Assembly: GCF_003367075.2 (NCBI RefSeq)
Contig: NZ_CP065936.1
Span: forward strand, 2,220,001 to 2,252,000
Direction of reading: 5' to 3'
Origin: Cylindrospermopsis raciborskii Cr2010
GTDB taxonomy: Bacteria; Cyanobacteriota; Cyanobacteriia; Cyanobacteriales; Nostocaceae
Length of the DNA: 32,000 bases
Position 1 is the stretch's first letter. Each line of letters begins with the position of its first letter. This document shows, one piece after another, positions 27,563-32,000 of this stretch. The notes under the pieces were generated by a model that did not search any database, was not told the origin of the DNA, and was given only the letters and a program-made list of their open reading frames with translations. Position numbers and translations under genes: made by a program.

Positions 27563-29086
27563 TTAAATAAGACTTAAGAACCCCGTTTGCATTAAATAGG
27601 AGGTATAAGTTATTAACAATTGAGAATCGATTTGAGGACAAATAATTGAGCTTCCCTTTAGTGCAGCTAGGGTTTCCTCGCAACTAATTACTGGTCTTCT
27701 TGACTGCAAATACAAATCAGGAATGGTAATTTTCTCTTTAGACCACCGCTCTAATAAAAATGGTTTAAGAGTATAGAGTGGATTTTCTTGATCTGTTATG
27801 TTAGCTAGTTTGTTCTGCCACTCTTCATAACTAATCATTTCTAGCTTAAAGCCAAAGGTGCGAATCCATTCCACTAAAGATTTTAAAGAAGCAGGTTGGG
27901 GATGTTGTAAATGGAAAGCCTTACCAATAGATGTTTCTTCTCTTGATAGGTAAACAACAGCTTTGCTTACGTAGTCTACAGGAGACATGTCTAACATATA
28001 GTCCACATCTGGAAAACACCCCATCTGTAAACAACCTTTAATCATTAGGTTGATGAAATCGTGGGTGTTACAAATCCCTGTCTTACTATCCCCAGCAATT
28101 AAGGGTGGTCTATAAATCGTTACTGGTAGTCCGCGATCGCGGGCAATTTTGACTAGTTTTTCTGCTACCCATTTTGTTTGAGAATAACCCAAGAAAATAC
28201 CTTGCCAATCGTCAAAGCTATCTTGTTCACTTACTACTTTACCTGCATAAACACTTGATTCAAATACAGCGACGCTGGAAACATAGTGTACAGGTTTAAC
28301 TTTAGTTTGACAAGCCAGTCTTAGCACTTCCTGAGTACCTAAAACATTTGCTGACTTTAGAGCAGAATAGGGATAGACATAATTTAGTAATGCCCCACTG
28401 TGATAAATAGTATCTACGTTAGCAGCTAACTGGTCAAATTCTTCCTTGGTAATTCCTAAAAGTGGTAGGGACAAATCACCAACAACTGGGACAAGTCGCT
28501 TCAGGTACTGCTCCTGATATTGATCCTCCCAAATTCCATATTGTTGGAGATTATGGATGAGTTTATCTTGTGCTTCATTCACATTTTTAGCCCGTACCAA
28601 ACAGTAAATATTGGCTTGGGTTTCTGCTAATAATTCCTTAATAATAAAAGCCCCTAAATAACCAGTTGCTCCGGTTATCAAGATATTTTTTGGATTAGCG
28701 AGAGGAACCATATAACTACCCACCGGTTGAATGGTAGAGTCCAGAACTGCTTCCGCGCCTAAATCCAAAAATGGGATGGGAATATCCACATTATTACCCT
28801 GATTATCTGGTTGAGAACCTCCAGCTTTTTCTTCTGATAAACGTTGAGCCAGTGTGGCAATAGTCGGGTAGTGCCATAATAAAACTGGAGATGGTTTAAA
28901 ACCAAGTAAATCTTCCAACTTACTAATTATAACCATAGCTTGAGCAGAATCCAAGCCATAATTTTCCAAATGTTCATCCACATCAATTTCTTGAGATGTT
29001 TTCCCTAGTAACTCTGCCAAGTTATGCACCATAAAAGATTGAATTTCCTCTGAACTATAGGTAGTTAGCGTGTTTGTTAAACTCAT
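27563..29086 (-). CDS. ACP domain plus NAD(P)-dependent thioester reductase (HglB/HetM-like terminal reductase)
   Basis: N-terminal carrier domain ([19 protein letters not shown]), then a Rossmann motif [13 protein letters not shown] and the SDR-type reductase core ([11 protein letters not shown]). The start overlaps the upstream gene's stop in ATGA. Confidence 0.8.
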   Translation of the reverse strand: MSLTNTLTTYSSEEIQSFMVHNLAELLGKTSQEIDVDEHLENYGLDSAQAMVIISKLEDLLGFKPSPVLLWHYPTIATLAQRLSEEKAGGSQPDNQGNNVDIPIPFLDLGAEAVLDSTIQPVGSYMVPLANPKNILITGATGYLGAFIIKELLAETQANIYCLVRAKNVNEAQDKLIHNLQQYGIWEDQYQEQYLKRLVPVVGDLSLPLLGITKEEFDQLAANVDTIYHSGALLNYVYPYSALKSANVLGTQEVLRLACQTKVKPVHYVSSVAVFESSVYAGKVVSEQDSFDDWQGIFLGYSQTKWVAEKLVKIARDRGLPVTIYRPPLIAGDSKTGICNTHDFINLMIKGCLQMGCFPDVDYMLDMSPVDYVSKAVVYLSREETSIGKAFHLQHPQPASLKSLVEWIRTFGFKLEMISYEEWQNKLANITDQENPLYTLKPFLLERWSKEKITIPDLYLQSRRPVISCEETLAALKGSSIICPQIDSQLLITYTSYLMQTGFLSLI

Positions 29087-30816
29087 TTTTTCATCTCCAA
29101 TATGGGTTGAACAGGTTGATATTGACTGTAAAAACTAGAAAGGTGTAAACCTTGAAACCTCAAGGACTGAATTCGATATAAAAAGGCAGTTCCTACCATG
29201 ATGTGATGAGCAATATCTACCACATGGCGGTTGTCAGGTTCAGCTAAATAAGTAGCCTTTACCCAGTCATTAAAACTACCCATAGCTGGACCACACCAAA
29301 TTTGATAATCTGTTTCTCTTCCCTTCTCTCCACTACTAGACCATCGAGAAGATAAACCCAAATACCAGCGGAAAATCAATGCCATTTTTAACTTAGAATT
29401 ATTGACAGCCTTGCCCAGTTTTTCGGGATTTTTTTGAGATAAATAGGCAGCGGTTCCCTCCCAAACTTCAGCAATACTTTTACGAAAGATTTGTTTTTCT
29501 AATTTCTCCCTTTCGGCTAAAGGAATATCTTCAATGGATTCGTAATTACGGTATAATTCATAGAGTTTTTGTGCCCGCATGGGAAACATCGTCCCCCGTT
29601 TTAAGACCTGTAATTTGACTCCCATTTCAAACATATCCGCAGCAGGAGCCATCATCACATCCGCCATTTCTGCTTGGGCCAACAATTTTTTTGTGTATTC
29701 ACAAGCTCCTGATTCAACACAGGATTGATTAATAGAACCAGTAACAATATATCCAGCTCCCATGACAAAAGCTGCCAAGGCTGATTCCGGCGTACCAATT
29801 CCCCCAGCTACCCCGATTCTAATTATTTTATCATAATTATATTTAGCTTGAATTTCATTCCTTAAACTAATAATAGAAGGGAGTAGACATACCAGGGGAC
29901 GATTATCTGTATGACCTCCAGAATCTGCTTCCACAGTAATATCATCAGCCATAGGAACTTTACTTGCTAAGTGAGCTTGTAGTTCCGTAATTAGATTTTG
30001 TGCTAGTAATTCCTTGATCATTCTTTCAGGAGGTGGTTGCATAAATTTGGTGGCAACTTCTCGGCGAGAAATTTTGGCAATTACTTTATTTTTGATTTGA
30101 ATTTGGTGATTAGCATCTAAACTTAAACCAGCAATTCGATAATAAACAATATTGGGAGTTAGATCTAAAAATGCCGAAGCTTCAACCGTGTGAACTGCAT
30201 ATTTTAAGTATAATTCTACAGCCCGTCTTTCTATTTTTGGTTCGTTAGGACTGTGAATTAGGTTGAAACAATAGGGACCGTTAGGTAGAGCAGCTTGTAT
30301 TTTTTGAATAGCTATTTCCAGTCTTTCTGGTGACAGTCCGCCCGAACCAAAGGAACCCAAAAGTCTTTGCTGGCCTAAAGCAATTATCATCTCTTCTGAT
30401 GCTATTCCCCCCGCCATAGCACCTGTCATATAGGCACATTTAACATTGTGGATTTTCAAAAAAGTGGGATCACCAAATTGTTCTACTGTTAATGGTGGCA
30501 ATGATACTAATAGCTGGTTGGGTTCCGATGGAATATTATAATTTGAGGTTATATAGCCATCATTACTAACACCTATTTCACCTGCTACTTTAAGAATATG
30601 ACAGGGTTTTTCTAGGGTTAGCAATTTTTGCTTGATGGCAGTTTGCTCAAATTCAACGCAGTCTGTTGAACCTTTCCAGTTGTGGTTATGATGGGGAGCG
30701 GTTTTTAAAAATGCTAGTCCGTTGTTTGGTTTGTTCAGTACCGTATTAAATGTTGTCACGGTAATTTTTTCCTTAATTAATGGGCAATTTATGACATATA
30801 GATGGGGATAGTTCAT
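29083..30816 (-). CDS. PfaD-family enoyl reductase (polyunsaturated fatty acid / polyketide biosynthesis)
   Basis: [65 protein letters not shown] and [12 protein letters not shown] are the nitronate-monooxygenase-like ER typical of PfaD and heterocyst-glycolipid synthases. Confidence 0.85.
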   Translation of the reverse strand: MNYPHLYVINCPLIKEKITVTTFNTVLNKPNNGLAFLKTAPHHNHNWKGSTDCVEFEQTAIKQKLLTLEKPCHILKVAGEIGVSNDGYITSNYNIPSEPNQLLVSLPPLTVEQFGDPTFLKIHNVKCAYMTGAMAGGIASEEMIIALGQQRLLGSFGSGGLSPERLEIAIQKIQAALPNGPYCFNLIHSPNEPKIERRAVELYLKYAVHTVEASAFLDLTPNIVYYRIAGLSLDANHQIQIKNKVIAKISRREVATKFMQPPPERMIKELLAQNLITELQAHLASKVPMADDITVEADSGGHTDNRPLVCLLPSIISLRNEIQAKYNYDKIIRIGVAGGIGTPESALAAFVMGAGYIVTGSINQSCVESGACEYTKKLLAQAEMADVMMAPAADMFEMGVKLQVLKRGTMFPMRAQKLYELYRNYESIEDIPLAEREKLEKQIFRKSIAEVWEGTAAYLSQKNPEKLGKAVNNSKLKMALIFRWYLGLSSRWSSSGEKGRETDYQIWCGPAMGSFNDWVKATYLAEPDNRHVVDIAHHIMVGTAFLYRIQSLRFQGLHLSSFYSQYQPVQPILEMKK

Positions 30817-30852
30817 AGTCTGGGTTATAATCCAGACTATATACTGAAAAAA

Positions 30853-32000
30853 TTATTTTTCTTGATCTATCAACAATTTTTCAGCACAAGCTAATTGCAT
30901 TTTAATTATTTCGCTCATTTGCTGGCTGAAATCTTTTCTAGCTTCTAGAAAATCACTGTGTGCTTTTATCAATTTGGTGTTGTTACTCGTGAATTTTTCA
31001 TACTGGGCTATCTTGAAATCATTCATGGGAATTATATGCTTCACTTGTTTAGAGGTTACTTTGGGGGTTTCTTTGCAAGGTAGTTGTGAAAAGTTTAGTT
31101 GCTCTTCATGATTTAAATGGTCATCTATGATAGTTTTCACAGAATTTTTTTCCGGTTTACCATAAATTTCCTGGGGGGAGATTTGGTATGCTGGTTGGAG
31201 AGAGTTGATAATTTTAACATCCAAGTCCTTGGTAAAGAGTTGCAGATCTTGCTGATTATATTTTGAGAACAGTTGACGATGATCTGTCTGTAAAATTTGA
31301 TCGGTAATGGATTTACCACCCAGAGTAATTTTCTTGAGTGCTGATTTGTTGGTTTGTTGAGTATCTAAAGAAAGATCATACAGGGAAGAAAGATCTAATT
31401 TTACCCCATGACTAATCAGTTTTGCCAAGGCTTTAACTAAGGATGTGTGATCATCTATCCCACGGCGGTTTAAAGATATGGTAATATGTTCCCGTTTGTC
31501 TAATACTTTATCTATCCACCGTGAACAAATACCACCAGCTCCAGCTTCGATAAATACTTTTGCTCCATCTTCATAAACTCGATTTACCAAGCGAGGAAAA
31601 TCAAGTTGTTGACATAATCCTTTGGCAATACTATGGGCAATAGTTTCGCTCTCTAATGCTATGGGTTGATATTCTGCTGCTGAGTAGCAGATAATCCCAG
31701 AAATTGCCTGAGCTGGTAAGTTATGAATTCGATATAGCTCCGGGTATTCTGACTCCATAGTCGGCGCATGAATCACATGATCAAATGGTGCTAAAAAGGC
31801 GTTACAACCCAGTTTACTAATCACTCTTTCACAAGCTAGGGGTTCGCCAGCTATTAATACTTCTTGCGAGGTGTTGATTTGAGTGAGGTAAACCCGATTT
31901 TCTGTTTTTAAAACTTCCCTGACTTGATCAGCAGTGGTCATTAAAACATAATTAGCCCATAATTTCTCATGTTCTGGAGAGTTTTTGTTTATTCCCCAAT
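30853..32000 (-). CDS. type I PKS subunit, C-terminal part with acyltransferase-domain remnants (5' end beyond the window)
   Basis: The frame stays open upstream of the track's Met at 31941 up to the window edge (..WGINKNSPEHEKLWANYVLMTTADQ..). VLIAGEP, FDHVIHAPTMESEY and FIEAGAGG resemble the C-terminal half of a PKS AT domain. A Lys/Gln-rich tail of about 180 aa follows. Confidence 0.7.
   Translation of the reverse strand, partial: WGINKNSPEHEKLWANYVLMTTADQVREVLKTENRVYLTQINTSQEVLIAGEPLACERVISKLGCNAFLAPFDHVIHAPTMESEYPELYRIHNLPAQAISGIICYSAAEYQPIALESETIAHSIAKGLCQQLDFPRLVNRVYEDGAKVFIEAGAGGICSRWIDKVLDKREHITISLNRRGIDDHTSLVKALAKLISHGVKLDLSSLYDLSLDTQQTNKSALKKITLGGKSITDQILQTDHRQLFSKYNQQDLQLFTKDLDVKIINSLQPAYQISPQEIYGKPEKNSVKTIIDDHLNHEEQLNFSQLPCKETPKVTSKQVKHIIPMNDFKIAQYEKFTSNNTKLIKAHSDFLEARKDFSQQMSEIIKMQLACAEKLLIDQEK

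Noticed and set aside
1-32000. Scan for tRNA/rRNA/tmRNA-like sequence (T-loop GGTTCGAAT-type motifs, cloverleaf-sized intergenic blocks)
   Set aside because: I found no convincing T-arm or anticodon-arm pattern in any intergenic region by eye. A tRNAscan/Infernal run would be needed to be certain.

Overview
This window looks like chromosomal DNA from a filamentous, heterocyst-forming cyanobacterium (Nostocales-like). It is AT-rich, carries at least 10 copies of the HIP1 octamer GCGATCGC, and encodes nifV-nifZ-nifT, a PAM68 homologue and an hgl/PUFA-type polyketide module. Most of the window is ordinary housekeeping sequence: gltA (partial), sixA, cobB, a UPF0182 membrane protein, a SIMPL protein, a Ca2+/H+ antiporter, a GH57 glycoside hydrolase, DAHP synthase, PAM68 and rpsO. 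The middle, roughly 10.0-19.6 kb, looks accessory and partly decayed, and holds four things of note. (1) An uncharacterised envelope module: a predicted small outer-membrane beta-barrel followed by two paralogous secreted proteins. (2) A compositionally foreign two-gene insert: a heptad-repeat membrane protein and a Walker-ATPase/PD-(D/E)XK-like fusion, each preceded by the same ~40-bp box. (3) A dead two-gene operon in scyA-scyB order: a ThDP enzyme that has lost its 5' end and a frameshifted Leu/Phe/Val-type dehydrogenase. (4) A nested IS graveyard: an IS200/IS605-like tnpA/tnpB relic split by an apparently intact DDE_Tnp_4-type IS. I saw no CRISPR array, tRNA or rRNA. No hallmark of a named defence or secretion system is visible. 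The best candidates for something undescribed are the envelope module (10.1-13.0 kb) and the ATPase-nuclease insert (13.0-15.5 kb); both remain hypotheses. All calls rest on reading the translations and sequence by eye, with no database search.
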